Below are positions 20,787 to 31,023 of a DNA stretch of 64,000 nt, piece after piece. The stretch is from a virus (Duplodnaviria; Caudoviricetes): the IMG/VR virus record IMGVR_UViG_3300033072_000232, positions 17,777 to 81,776 of that record, one strand, 5' to 3'. Below the pieces are notes generated by a model. That model worked only from the letters and a program-made list of their open reading frames with translations, was not told where the DNA came from and did not search any database. Every line of letters begins with the position of its first letter. Position 1 is the stretch's first letter. Both the position numbers and the translations under genes were made by a program.

Positions 20787-21605
20787 ATGAGCGTTTTAAG
20801 CCAGTTTTTACAAGGCGGCGGCGGCAAGCTGCGTTACCAAGAGTTCACGGCAAGCGGCACATTCACGCCCAGCGCGGCACTGCTCGCCAACGGTGGCCAG
20901 GTGCTGGTCACGCTGGTTGGCGGTGGTGGCGGTGGTGGCGGTGCGTTGAGTACGACCAACGCCCATGCTGCGGCCGGCGGTGGCGGGGGTGGGCAATACA
21001 TCGAAAAATTCGTGACCGTTTCCGGTGCCGTGACCGTGACCATCGCAGCCAGCGCGGCTGGTGGTGTGGGTAACGCAACCGGCACACAGGGCAACAACAG
21101 CACGTTCGGTGCGTTGCTGACCGCAATCGGCGGCGGCGGTGGTGGGCGCACTGACACATCTTCCGCAAACAACGCCGGCGCAAACGGTGCGTGCGGTGGC
21201 GGTGGTGGCACAACCCCTGCTGCATCGGGGATGGTAGGCGGTGGCGGCGGAGGCATGGACGCATCTTTCACCAGCTATGGCTCAAACGCCGTGAACGGTA
21301 GTGGTATCGGCAGCGTGGGCCGGTACGGCACAGCTAGCGGTTCAACCAATCAACTCGCACCAGGCGGTCCCGGCATCGGTGGCTTTTGTGGTGGCGGCGC
21401 TGGCGGCTCCTCAGCTGCGGCTACATCAACTGTGCAAATCGCGGTAGATGGTGGCGGTAAAGGTGGTGGGGGCACCAACAACGGCAGTGATGCAACAGCC
21501 AACACAGGCGGCGGTGGTGGCGGTGCAGCGGTTGCTGTTGCCAGCACATCGCGCAACGGTGGTGCAGGCGCATCCGGCTACTGCCGTGTTGTCTGGTTTG
21601 AATAA
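20787..21605 (+). CDS. glycine-rich tail fiber domain protein
   Basis: FTASGTFT..LVGGGGGGG..GASGYCRVVW glycine-rich domain. Confidence 0.65.
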   Translation: MSVLSQFLQGGGGKLRYQEFTASGTFTPSAALLANGGQVLVTLVGGGGGGGGALSTTNAHAAAGGGGGGQYIEKFVTVSGAVTVTIAASAAGGVGNATGTQGNNSTFGALLTAIGGGGGGRTDTSSANNAGANGACGGGGGTTPAASGMVGGGGGGMDASFTSYGSNAVNGSGIGSVGRYGTASGSTNQLAPGGPGIGGFCGGGAGGSSAAATSTVQIAVDGGGKGGGGTNNGSDATANTGGGGGGAAVAVASTSRNGGAGASGYCRVVWFE

Positions 21606-21616
21606 GGAGCATAGCA

Positions 21617-22060
21617 ATGGATTACGTATTAATTAAAAACGGAAAAGTAGAAAATGTAATCGTCGCAGACGAAGATTTTATTGCAAAGATTTCTGGTGAC
21701 TACGATCATATTGAACCTATGGATACTGTACTAGAAAAAAGTCTAGGAGTAGGTGTTGGTTGGACATATGCAGATGGTGTTTTTACAGCACCACCTCCAG
21801 TACAACAAGTAGTACAACAAGAACCTAAACATATTTCAGTAGGTGCTTTCTTTGATAGATTTGGACAACACAAGTGGTCCATCTTAGCAGATAATAGTCC
21901 TGCTGTTCAAGCATTAATTAAGGATTGTAGCGTTCGTAAATGGATTGATTTAGACGACCCTCAATTAGATGCTGGATTGCAAATGTTAGTAACCGCTGGG
22001 CATGATATTGTTCCTTCTGAAATCTTATCAGCAGAAGTACAAGAACAAGAAAAACCTTAA
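21617..22060 (+). CDS. tail-associated hypothetical protein
   Basis: YVLIKNGKVENVIVAD..GIGW.Y motif commonly following glycine-rich fibers. Confidence 0.5.
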   Translation: MDYVLIKNGKVENVIVADEDFIAKISGDYDHIEPMDTVLEKSLGVGVGWTYADGVFTAPPPVQQVVQQEPKHISVGAFFDRFGQHKWSILADNSPAVQALIKDCSVRKWIDLDDPQLDAGLQMLVTAGHDIVPSEILSAEVQEQEKP

Positions 22061-22123
22061 AGTAACAACATAAGAAGTCGGTATTAAGTTATCGACTTCA
22101 ACTATCTATTAAGGTACAATACA

Positions 22124-22783
22124 ATGTTAGAATTGTTTTATTTATCAGTAATGATTTCTTGTTTTATAGGATTTATTGCAATAGCACATGCTCCTATTAT
22201 ACCTATAATCAGGGTATTACAGCATGATTTACCAGAAAAGAAAAGCATTATTAAATGCTTTATTGTTGCTTATTTAAAAGTACTTGTTACTATTCCTTTT
22301 GATTTACTTGCTCCTATTGCGGTATTTATTGCGTTGTTGTTTACAAAAACATCAGATAATAATCTTCCAAGGTTTTTCTGGATGTGGGATAATGACGCTA
22401 GTATTAACGGTGATATACGCAAAGAAAACTCATGGGAATTACTTAGCATATCTAACGACTTAAACAACATAGAAGAACAAAATAAATGCTATTGGGCTAA
22501 AGGTAAGCATCCAAGAAGTTTTTATGCTAGGTGGATTTGGTTAGGTTTGCGTAACAGAGCATCTAAATTAAGTCAAGAACTAGGTACTTCTGAAACTGGA
22601 GATATTACTAGTATTAGCGGAAGCGGGTGGTATTTAAATAAACTAGGTGATACTTATAGGTATTTTGAATTACTTCCTGTTGGTAAGTTTTTTATCAGAA
22701 TGCACTGCGGATATAAAATTCCAATTATTCCCGGTGAACATAAAGCTGCTGTTGTTTCTATCGGATTTAGTCTAAGGAAATAG
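22124..22783 (+). CDS. predicted membrane protein
   Basis: Hydrophobic segments, lysis-proximal. Confidence 0.55.
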   Translation: MLELFYLSVMISCFIGFIAIAHAPIIPIIRVLQHDLPEKKSIIKCFIVAYLKVLVTIPFDLLAPIAVFIALLFTKTSDNNLPRFFWMWDNDASINGDIRKENSWELLSISNDLNNIEEQNKCYWAKGKHPRSFYARWIWLGLRNRASKLSQELGTSETGDITSISGSGWYLNKLGDTYRYFELLPVGKFFIRMHCGYKIPIIPGEHKAAVVSIGFSLRK

Positions 22784-22784
22784 C

Positions 22785-23039
22785 ATGCTTTCTGGTTTAT
22801 TTATTTATTTAGAAAACAACTTAATTGCTGTTGATCAGTTACTCAATACTTTACTACTAGGTAGCCCAGATGAGACTCTTAGTAGTAGATCATATAGAAC
22901 AGAGCAATCAGGTAAAATATTAGGAACACTATTAAGACCTACTATTGATCTCTTATTCTTCTTTCAGGATCAACATTGCAAGAAAGCATTCACATCAGAA
23001 CAAAACAAAACACAATTACCTAAACAATTCAGGGAATAG
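22785..23039 (+). CDS. conserved phage hypothetical protein
   Basis: AVDQLLNTLLLGSPDETLSSR motif seen near lysis modules. Confidence 0.55.
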   Translation: MLSGLFIYLENNLIAVDQLLNTLLLGSPDETLSSRSYRTEQSGKILGTLLRPTIDLLFFFQDQHCKKAFTSEQNKTQLPKQFRE

Positions 23040-23043
23040 AAGT

Positions 23044-23445
23044 ATGCAGGAATTTAATTCAGAATCTCAAAAAGAACGACAACCATTCAAACGTAGACAA
23101 GATGATATTACACTACAACTGATAGCAGATAATATGAATGCTGTTAATGAAAACGTAACTGAATTGCGAGGAAGTGTACAGGAATCATTAAAAGATATTT
23201 CTGCTGCTTTACAGTCACTTGTATTACTTGAACAAAAACAAACACACCAAAGCCTTACTCAACAAAGATTTGAGAAAGAATTAGATGAAATAAAGAAAGA
23301 TGTAAAGGAATTAGACAATAGAACTACAGCAGTAGAGATTGCTATGCCTGAACTAAAACGTACTTCTAGTTGGATATTCAGTGCTGTACTTACTGTACTG
23401 GGTGCTGCTAGTATGTTTGCTGGTAAGATGTTAGGGGTCTACTAA
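23044..23445 (+). CDS. holin/antiholin-like coiled-coil protein with C-terminal TM
   Basis: Coiled coil plus single TM directly before endolysin. Confidence 0.45.
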   Translation: MQEFNSESQKERQPFKRRQDDITLQLIADNMNAVNENVTELRGSVQESLKDISAALQSLVLLEQKQTHQSLTQQRFEKELDEIKKDVKELDNRTTAVEIAMPELKRTSSWIFSAVLTVLGAASMFAGKMLGVY

Positions 23446-23446
23446 G

Positions 23447-23944
23447 ATGTTGAATAATCCTTTGATTGAAAAGCTAAGAAAGCCAATAGCAGCTATCGTA
23501 ATCTCTGTTAGTGCATTAGGCGCAATCAAGGGTTATGAAGGATATAAATCTGAAGCGTATGTACCTGTACCGGGTGATGTTCTGACTATCGGTTACGGTA
23601 CTACGAAGAAACCTGATGGTGAAGCTGTACAGAAGTCTGATATTGTAGATAAACAATTAGCTGAAGTATATCTGAAGAATGACATAAGCATCTTTGCTAA
23701 GGAAATATCTAAGTGCATCAAAGTACCTATCTCACAAGGAGAATACGATGCATTTATTAGTCTTACATACAATATAGGTTCTGGTGCTTTCTGTAAGAGT
23801 ACTCTGGTAAAAAAGCTGAATACTTATGACTACGCTGGTGCCTGCAATGAAATTCTTAAATGGGATAAGTTCAAAGGTGTTCCTTTAAAAGGATTAACCA
23901 TCCGAAGAACTAAAGAATATAACCAATGCATTGGAAAGGAATAA
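23447..23944 (+). CDS. endolysin, GH24 lysozyme with probable SAR domain
   Basis: EG......Y......TIGYG catalytic motif; A/G/S-rich N-terminal hydrophobic segment. Confidence 0.9.
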   Translation: MLNNPLIEKLRKPIAAIVISVSALGAIKGYEGYKSEAYVPVPGDVLTIGYGTTKKPDGEAVQKSDIVDKQLAEVYLKNDISIFAKEISKCIKVPISQGEYDAFISLTYNIGSGAFCKSTLVKKLNTYDYAGACNEILKWDKFKGVPLKGLTIRRTKEYNQCIGKE

Positions 23945-24498
23945 TATTGAATATAACTCTTATCAAAATGATTATCGGAGTAGCTTTAGTTTCTATTGTA
24001 CTTACGTTTGCTTATACATGGCATACTAATAAAGTAAATACAGCAGTAAAACAAGCTACTGATTCTATCAAACTAGAACTTACACAGAAATCTCTTAAAG
24101 CATTAGAGCATAGAGATTCAGTAGTTCTAGAACTAAATCAAAAGGTGAAATTACTTGACTTACAAACAGAAAAGCAGATGCGTGCAGCTACTGCTAAATA
24201 TAACAGCTTGCTTGCTGATTATGACAGTTTTAGTAGGTTGTCAAAGCGTCCCGAAGGAAAGCCTGATAGTTCAAGTACATACGGTAGAACTACCGAAACT
24301 ACAGAAGCTACCACAGGAAGTAACTTCGGTAGATTATATAGAGAAGATGCAATCTTTCTTGCAGATTACGCTAGGACAACCGAAACCTTAAAGGTAGGAC
24401 TGGTAGCCTGCTACCAACAGTACGATCTGGCTAATGAACAACTACAGAGATTAGCTACAGAGGCTTTAAACAAGCCTACAATCGATTTAAATCACTGA
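23926..24498 (+). CDS. inner-membrane spanin (Rz-like)
   Basis: N-terminal TM plus coiled coil after endolysin. Confidence 0.75.
   Translation: MHWKGIILNITLIKMIIGVALVSIVLTFAYTWHTNKVNTAVKQATDSIKLELTQKSLKALEHRDSVVLELNQKVKLLDLQTEKQMRAATAKYNSLLADYDSFSRLSKRPEGKPDSSSTYGRTTETTEATTGSNFGRLYREDAIFLADYARTTETLKVGLVACYQQYDLANEQLQRLATEALNKPTIDLNH
24155..24391 (+). CDS. outer-membrane lipoprotein spanin (Rz1-like), embedded in Rz
   Basis: Alternate frame within Rz, lipobox LVGC, Pro-containing mature part; exact start uncertain. Confidence 0.75.
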   Translation: MTYKQKSRCVQLLLNITACLLIMTVLVGCQSVPKESLIVQVHTVELPKLQKLPQEVTSVDYIEKMQSFLQITLGQPKP

Positions 24499-24527
24499 GG
24501 TGATACCTACATAGCCTACAAACAAAT

Positions 24528-24571
24528 AAACCCCTAGGAAGCCGTTAAAAGCCTCTTAGGGGTTTTCTTTT
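24528..24571. terminator. bidirectional terminator at arm convergence
   Basis: AAACCCCTAGGA...TCTTAGGGGTTT with A and T runs on each side. Confidence 0.8.
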
Positions 24572-24573
24572 AT

Positions 24574-24678
24574 CTACTTACTAATGCAGGCATTATTGTT
24601 TGTAGCTAAAGCAGGTTGTGGTGAGCAAGAAACAAATGCTAGTGCAAATAAAGCAGGAAGTAGTTTCAGGTATTTCAT
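24574..24678 (-). CDS. small putative lipoprotein (34 aa), not in ORF track
   Basis: MKYLKLLPALFALAFVSCSPQ...: signal peptide with lipobox-like VSC. Confidence 0.4.
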   Translation of the reverse strand: MKYLKLLPALFALAFVSCSPQPALATNNNACISK

Positions 24679-24688
24679 AATGTGTTTC

Positions 24689-25306
24689 TCACGGAGCTGT
24701 AATCAAGTATTGATCATTAAACCTTACCGGAAGTTTTGTGCTTTCGTAAGTAACAGACAATGATTTAACACAATAGTTAGTAGTTAGTTCAATATTAACC
24801 TCCTTTAGATAAGCATCTTTACGTCCAAACAGGTTATTGAATGTCTTATGTTCTAATGTAAGTTCTGGTACATAGTCTTTCTTCTTACGAAGGTCTTGAT
24901 TACCATCTTGACTAATCCATAGTTCATCACCGTTATCTGAACGATATACTGTAAATTTTTCCATATAATTCCTTTCTTAACTGACTACTTTATAAGCTAC
25001 TACACAATCCCAATGAAGTTCTTTTACCAAAAGGGTATTGTAGTTAGTCATCGTTTTTAAATCTCGTTCTTGTTGAACCATCCATACAACTTCATCATCT
25101 GGAAATAGCTCATCAGGTGGCTCTCCATTACCATCATATTCCCTCCACTCACCAGAGTCATCAGGATACCAAGGAGTATTGCCTAATGATTGCACAGCAT
25201 GTGGATAATCAGTAATCTTTACTTCAAGATCATCTGGTGTATTCAAGAACTGATCACGGATGATGCTAACAAGTTCTTGATATGTAAGTTCTACGATGTG
25301 TTTCAT
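24689..25306 (-). CDS. two hypothetical proteins (24689-24964, 24977-25306)
   Basis: ORFs with GGA-type SD. Confidence 0.55.
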
Positions 25307-25407
25307 GTTACTCCTTTAAGTTTTGACGATGTACGTACTATAACACATAAAACAAAACCCTCTGAGTACCTTAGTAAATTCTAGGGTTATTCAGAGGGTT
25401 TCTTTAT

Positions 25408-25653
25408 TTATACAGCTTCTGCTGCTTTCTTAATCTCTAGGAAATTACTACCAGAGATTCGACGTACTTCATTACCTGAGTCATCAAACAAGATGGTCAT
25501 TGGTACTGTACGAATATTCAGTTCTTTGGCTAGGCTAGGGTTATCGTCTAGTAAGATGAACTCTAGGTTAGTTACTAGGTTAGCTTCTTCTAGTTGTTTC
25601 TTTAGTGCTTTGCATGGGTTGCAATTTGATTGTGAATATACTTTGATTTTCAT
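25408..25653 (-). CDS. thioredoxin/glutaredoxin
   Basis: CNPC redox motif, IRTVP cis-Pro motif; next to RNR. Confidence 0.85.
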   Translation of the reverse strand: MKIKVYSQSNCNPCKALKKQLEEANLVTNLEFILLDDNPSLAKELNIRTVPMTILFDDSGNEVRRISGSNFLEIKKAAEAV

Positions 25654-25845
25654 ATTACTCCTTTACTTATTTACCATACTTTCTCCCAGAACTTATCAAC
25701 CATTACCCAATTCAACCAATCTTGTTGTTCTTGGTCTGTAGTCAATATAGGAGAGTCTTGATTGTACCATTCACCGGGGAGTACTTCTCGGATAATTCTT
25801 TGAAATACTCCCCTACCTTCATACTTGTAGTCTCCGATTATCATA

Positions 25846-27080
25846 TCAGAATACTACTTCACAAGCACCACCAGCACAACCAGCAGAACCAATGGTATCT
25901 ACTTCAGTGTACTTTTGTTGAGACAGTTCTTTACTGAAATCAATCAAAGTAATACTTGATTGAATGTTCTTCCATTTGTGTAGATTATAGCAATCCTTCA
26001 AACAGAAAGTCATCAGTTTCATATCACCTGAGAAATAGCTATCAGTAAACTTCTTTGCTCTACGAACCCAATCACGTTTAAGCAAGTCAGAGCTATCTTC
26101 TGTAAGTACAAGACCCTTACCTTGTGCTGTATCACAAGCAAGCCATAGGTTCTCGTTAAATGCATGTAAAGCATCTACAATAAGTCCACTGGCAAACAAG
26201 CTACCATCACCGTACTTCTTCATAATCTGCTCTGCTGTGAATACTTCAGTAAAAGGTGCTTGAGCATAATCCTTATCACCCGAAGAACTCAACAAAGAAA
26301 CACCAGCAAACCATTGACGATTGTTGTATAGGTATTCCTCTACTTCATCCCAATTATCAACAGAAATAGTATTGCTGATATTGTGACGTAGTTTAGGGTG
26401 TACACATAGTTCTTCATTAGTTCCTGCTTCTACCCATACCTGTTGTGCTTTCTTAACGTACTCAAGAAGTTTAACCCCTAGTAGTTGATCTTTATAGATA
26501 CTACCTTCTTTAGACACAACTGGAAAGCTAACTACATAATCAGTGCCATTAGGTGACCATACTGAATCTTCAATCATTTCAGGATTTACTTCTTGAATCA
26601 GCTTAGTTACTTCATCTTCTTTATTCATCTGAACATTACGGAAGTACATAGGAGCATGTTCACCATGAATACCACTTGCTGTGCCTAGCAACACAGAAGC
26701 GTTACCAGATGGTTTAGCACAAGTAGTTCTGGCTGCTGGATTGATACCAATTAGTTTAGCTACTTCACGGTTTACTTGCTTTACTACTTCAGCACCTTCA
26801 CGAAGAATATCTTCATCAAACAGAATCTCAGGATTATTCATCCATCCTGTGATACTGACGCCGATTAGGGCTTCATGATCGGTAATTTCCTTAGTAGCTT
26901 TTGATACATATTTAAAATCAGTATAACCTGCTTGAAGTGTACCTAGGATAGCTGCTGCTTTGCATGATCGTAAGAATACTTCTTTGCTTGTGATCTTTCC
27001 TCCATTTTGTTCGGTTAAGTTGCAAAATTGAAATCCTGAGATTCCCTGTTGTGTTTTTGGTAACATACCAATTTCTACAC
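25846..27080 (-). CDS. nrdJ: ribonucleotide reductase exon 2 (probably monomeric class II)
   Basis: After splicing reads C-VEIGM; TCAKPSG motif; C-terminal CAGGAC; no beta subunit gene in window. Confidence 0.8.
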
Positions 27081-27917
27081 CTTCATTGTTACTCCGGTAA
27101 TACCGGGGTCAAGCTATTTCTACTTGACTCTGCATATCCCTATGCAGAACAGACTATATCACCACCCGATTTAACGGGGTTAATCATTCGGATTTTATAC
27201 TTAAAACTATCTTTCACATATGGTTCAACACCTTTACAAAACTTTTCTACATCTTTGCAACGAAGCCTTAGATAGTAGTATTGATTTTGTCGGTTAATAT
27301 TGAACTCTACATCTAGGACTTCTTTTATTGTTTTCTTCAGCATAAGTTGATCACCATAAGATAGTCGCTTCAAATTAAGCGTAAGGTTCCAAGAACTATT
27401 AACAAGTCCTTTCTTTGGGTTTGGTTTATCTTCAACCAAAGAACCATCACACATAAAAAGAATTGCAATTGCTTCCCAGTCTAGTAATTTTAGACTGTGA
27501 GGGTCAATACCTTTATAGTTATCAATATAGATTCGTTCACGTAGTGTTGTCAGAAAAGGATGTGTCTTACTTTCAAGACGAATCTGTTCTTTCCTGTTAC
27601 AACCGTCAGTGTTGTAATCTTCTCTTTCGTATTGTTTAGTTCCAACGAAAGAGTTTAATACTGAGTCTACCCAATCAATGTAGTCCTTGTGTTCTTTCTT
27701 CATGTTCATAATGAATTTTGCATTACTTGTATCTGATGTTTTATACACACCACCATCACCAAGTACAAAATAAGACACAAGTTTAGTTAGTTGTTTTTTA
27801 TCCATAGTCGTTACACCTTCCATATCGGATTGGCACGGTATTGGCTGTTCTAGCTATCCACCGTTTTTAGATTAATTATTCAGAAACAATTACTTGTTTA
27901 GGCCGCTAGTAAATTTA
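27081..27917 (-). mobile_element. group I intron (837 nt) in RNR
   Basis: 5-prime exon ends in U, intron ends in G; splicing restores YNP-C-VEI in frame; core elements GTGTAACGACTA (R) and GATATAGTCTG (S). Confidence 0.9.
27140..27805 (-). CDS. intron-encoded LAGLIDADG homing endonuclease
   Basis: Two motifs YFVLGDG and ILFMCDG; ORF sits between R and S elements; start 27805 or 27823. Confidence 0.85.
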   Translation of the reverse strand: MDKKQLTKLVSYFVLGDGGVYKTSDTSNAKFIMNMKKEHKDYIDWVDSVLNSFVGTKQYEREDYNTDGCNRKEQIRLESKTHPFLTTLRERIYIDNYKGIDPHSLKLLDWEAIAILFMCDGSLVEDKPNPKKGLVNSSWNLTLNLKRLSYGDQLMLKKTIKEVLDVEFNINRQNQYYYLRLRCKDVEKFCKGVEPYVKDSFKYKIRMINPVKSGGDIVCSA

Positions 27918-28902
27918 ACGGATTGTATGCAAACTCAAGGTCATCTGTGAAAATAAATGCAGGCTCTCCGAATTCTTTTACAGACTTCATAATATTCTTC
28001 CATTCTTCTAACGTAAGTTCATCACGTTTAAGCATTGCAGAATTATTACTACGTCCACGTTGTGGATTATCAATAAACCAATCGCCAGTTTTAGCTTTCA
28101 GCATTTCATTATCATGCTTATCAAATAAGCAGATAGTAGCTGATCGACGTACACCACCTGATAATACTGCGTCACTAATGTGCATCGTAATATCGTAAGC
28201 AACAATAGGTCTAATCTTAGTTTCTTGCTTATCTAATAGCTGCTTATCTAGCAAGGATTCAATCTTTACTAAAGCACTACGTAGACCATCAGGGCCGGGA
28301 GCTTTGAAGCCACCAGAAATCATTGCACCTTTAGGTCGAATCTGGCTAAAATCAAAGTGAACCTGACAGCCCTTATACTCAGGGAATACAGCACCTTCAG
28401 TCAGATAGCTACTAAGAAGTACAGCTACTGAATCAGCCCAGCCTTCAATGTTGTCTGGTACTTGGAAGATTTTAACTTTCTTCTTACTACGTTGATGAAT
28501 ACTAGGGATTTGGTTTACGTGATGCTGCTGTACTGAAAAGCCTACGCCGCAACCACATAGCAACAGATAGAATGCTTCATTAAAGAACTCAGGACGATCA
28601 CAATGAGACACTGAACAATTATACATCCTAGCTTCATGCTTGAATAGCTGGTCACCACCAAATTGTAATGCTCGTTGTGCCCCTAGTACTAACTGTTCTT
28701 TGTATGCTTGTCCGGCATATTGAATATATTCTTCTAGTTGTGGTGTTAGCTTATGCTTGTACTTCTGACGATGCATCTGCATTACACGCTCAACTGACTC
28801 ATCCCAAGATTCATATGCTTGTTTATCTTCTAGCCAACGAGAGTAACCCATGTAGAATTTACTCTCGGATAACATCTGTTTACCGATATTTTCTGAATTC
28901 AT
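27918..28902 (-). CDS. nrdJ: ribonucleotide reductase exon 1
   Basis: MYNC, GCGVGFS, GGVRRSA motifs; likely start ATG 28902 after AAGGA (alternative 28929). Confidence 0.8.
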
Positions 28903-28931
28903 ATTTTCCTTTATTCCTTGTTCATTCACTC

Positions 28932-29276
28932 TTACTCTTTAACATACCCACGGATACGATACATATCCTCCAAGATTCTATTGTTCAGCCCACGATCTAG
29001 TGCTTCTTCACTGGCATAACCAGACTTAATCCAATCTTGATCTGACCTCTCTTCTCCACACCAACGTAGCGTCTGTACTACCTCATCAAACCTATTTCGA
29101 TGAATACAATCTTGTAGGTCTACTTTATAACTAGTATCCATTCCTAGATTAAATAGAATTTCATTTACTTCTTCTGGATAACGCAAAGCATGTTCTTTAG
29201 TAAACCAAGGAATTACTTTCTGAATCTCTGATAGTGATACTACCTTCATTGCTGGAATTCGAAAACGTACACTCAT
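28932..29276 (-). CDS. conserved phage hypothetical protein
   Basis: ORF with AAGGAG SD. Confidence 0.55.
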   Translation of the reverse strand: MSVRFRIPAMKVVSLSEIQKVIPWFTKEHALRYPEEVNEILFNLGMDTSYKVDLQDCIHRNRFDEVVQTLRWCGEERSDQDWIKSGYASEEALDRGLNNRILEDMYRIRGYVKE

Positions 29277-29387
29277 ATTACTCCTTATTCTTTTGTTAAT
29301 TAGAATCAGCGTATTCCGGAGTTTGGGAATGAACGCTGATTGCTAGATTGTATCACATATTACTTATAAACTAAAGTAAATGTTAGG

Positions 29388-30149
29388 TTAGTTTGTATAA
29401 GGATTCTCACCATAATTCAGGGATTGCATGCTATAAGGAAAATGTTCATAAAGAATCGCTCCTAGTTTCTTAGCAAAGTCTTGAGCAATCAATTGAGCAT
29501 GACTATCTTTACGTTGTTGATACACACGATTAAATGCTACCAAACTACCCGTCCACACCCAATTGGTCATGCTGTTTAACGGTAAAACCATTCTGGCTTC
29601 TTCTGGGGCTACTCCTGCATCCAGCAAGTCGTAGTACGTGTAAACAGAGTCTATAGAGGCTGTCTTGACACGTTCGATAGCTAACGATGCAACGCCTGTA
29701 TCTCCAACCCAAATGTACCCATTGTGAATCTCCTTACTAGCACCTTGCTTTGCATTCTCAGGTGATTTATGGAATTTATCTGGAATATACAACTCAATAT
29801 CACTTTTGATATATCGCCTGGATTCTTCATTCCATACAAGACCTACTTGATGTTTAACAAGTTGTCGTGCAAGGAAGATAGGTGCTTTTACCAGAATAGT
29901 AAGTTGGCAATGAGCTAGAGTGGTCCAATGTGTATGAGCCTTAGCTAGTTTCTCCCAATCCTCACGATTTTCTTTAGCTACACCCGTAGCAAGGTAATCC
30001 AGCAATCCTTGTTCCTTGAAAGTATCTTCAGGCATCCATCGACCAAATGAAGCATAAGCACAGTTGCGTACACGCGCATCACTGCCCATCTTATCAATGA
30101 ATTTTACCTCAACATCTGAGTATTTAATTGTTCGTTCAGTTTTGTTCAT
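29388..30149 (-). CDS. thyX: flavin-dependent thymidylate synthase
   Basis: H.T..H, ARQLVKHQ..WNEESRRY, EEARMVLP motifs. Confidence 0.9.
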   Translation of the reverse strand: MNKTERTIKYSDVEVKFIDKMGSDARVRNCAYASFGRWMPEDTFKEQGLLDYLATGVAKENREDWEKLAKAHTHWTTLAHCQLTILVKAPIFLARQLVKHQVGLVWNEESRRYIKSDIELYIPDKFHKSPENAKQGASKEIHNGYIWVGDTGVASLAIERVKTASIDSVYTYYDLLDAGVAPEEARMVLPLNSMTNWVWTGSLVAFNRVYQQRKDSHAQLIAQDFAKKLGAILYEHFPYSMQSLNYGENPYTN

Positions 30150-30159
30150 TTAATTCCTT

Positions 30160-31018
30160 TCAATAAATATACGGAGTAATATAAAACTTAGCTTTCTTCT
30201 CAGTAACTAACTCGAATAATTCCTTGTTCTTTGCAATCACTAGATTCTCACTGATTTCTTTGTAAGAATATGTACCAGAAGATACTAAAGTAAATCCAAT
30301 CAGACAATCATCTAGTGCAGCATCGTAGTGCGGAGAAATAATCTCTAATTCTGTTGATTGCAAATACTCAGGATTACCATTAAGAGCTTCGTACTCATCA
30401 ATGTTCTTGCAGACTTCTTTAAACGGTAGTCCTACTACCAATTTTGCAGATGTATTTATTGACATACTTACTCCTTCTTAAATTGACTCCATGCTACACA
30501 TACTTTTCGCTCTACGTTTACAGTCCTATGCAACGAATGAATATACTCAGGTCGTACTTTAGTTTCATACAACATACAATATCTAGCTGGTATAACACTA
30601 TACATTATCCATGTCAGTAAGAATATCCAAGTAATTGGAATGATGAATACTAAAGCAGCAGCATGAATGTCTTTCATTCTCTGTTACTCCAATCAGCTAC
30701 TACAAACTTCAGATCAAGCACAATATAGCCATCATCACAACGATAACCTTGTACGTGAAATCCTCCCGTAGCTGTGTAGTAGTCTTTATGCTCAGAACAT
30801 AGCAGTTTATTCTTTGCATCTTCAAGCAAGTACTGTGCTTTCAGTACTAACTCGCCAAATGAAGGAACCTTGGTTTCTGTAGTAGAGCTATACCAAGTCC
30901 ATTCTAGGAATTGCATTACCTTAGCTACTTTCTCAAAATCAAAGCAAGAAATGATTGTGTTAATCTGTGCATTCAAATCTTGGTTTGTGATGCAATAATG
31001 AATTTGTTCTTTGTTCAT
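30160..31018 (-). CDS. three hypothetical proteins (30160-30465, 30468-30677, 30674-31018)
   Basis: Tightly packed ORFs with SDs. Confidence 0.55.
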
Positions 31019-31023
31019 ATAAG

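Noticed and set aside
16955-21605. Diversity-generating retroelement acting on tail fibers
   Set aside because: No reverse transcriptase and no template/variable repeat pair noticed
14114-21636. Long antisense and alternate-frame ORFs in the track (e.g. 14545-15006, 14565-15161, 18959-19515, 20753-21636)
   Set aside because: Shadows of GC-rich or Gly/Ala-rich coding blocks, with no SDs or motifs
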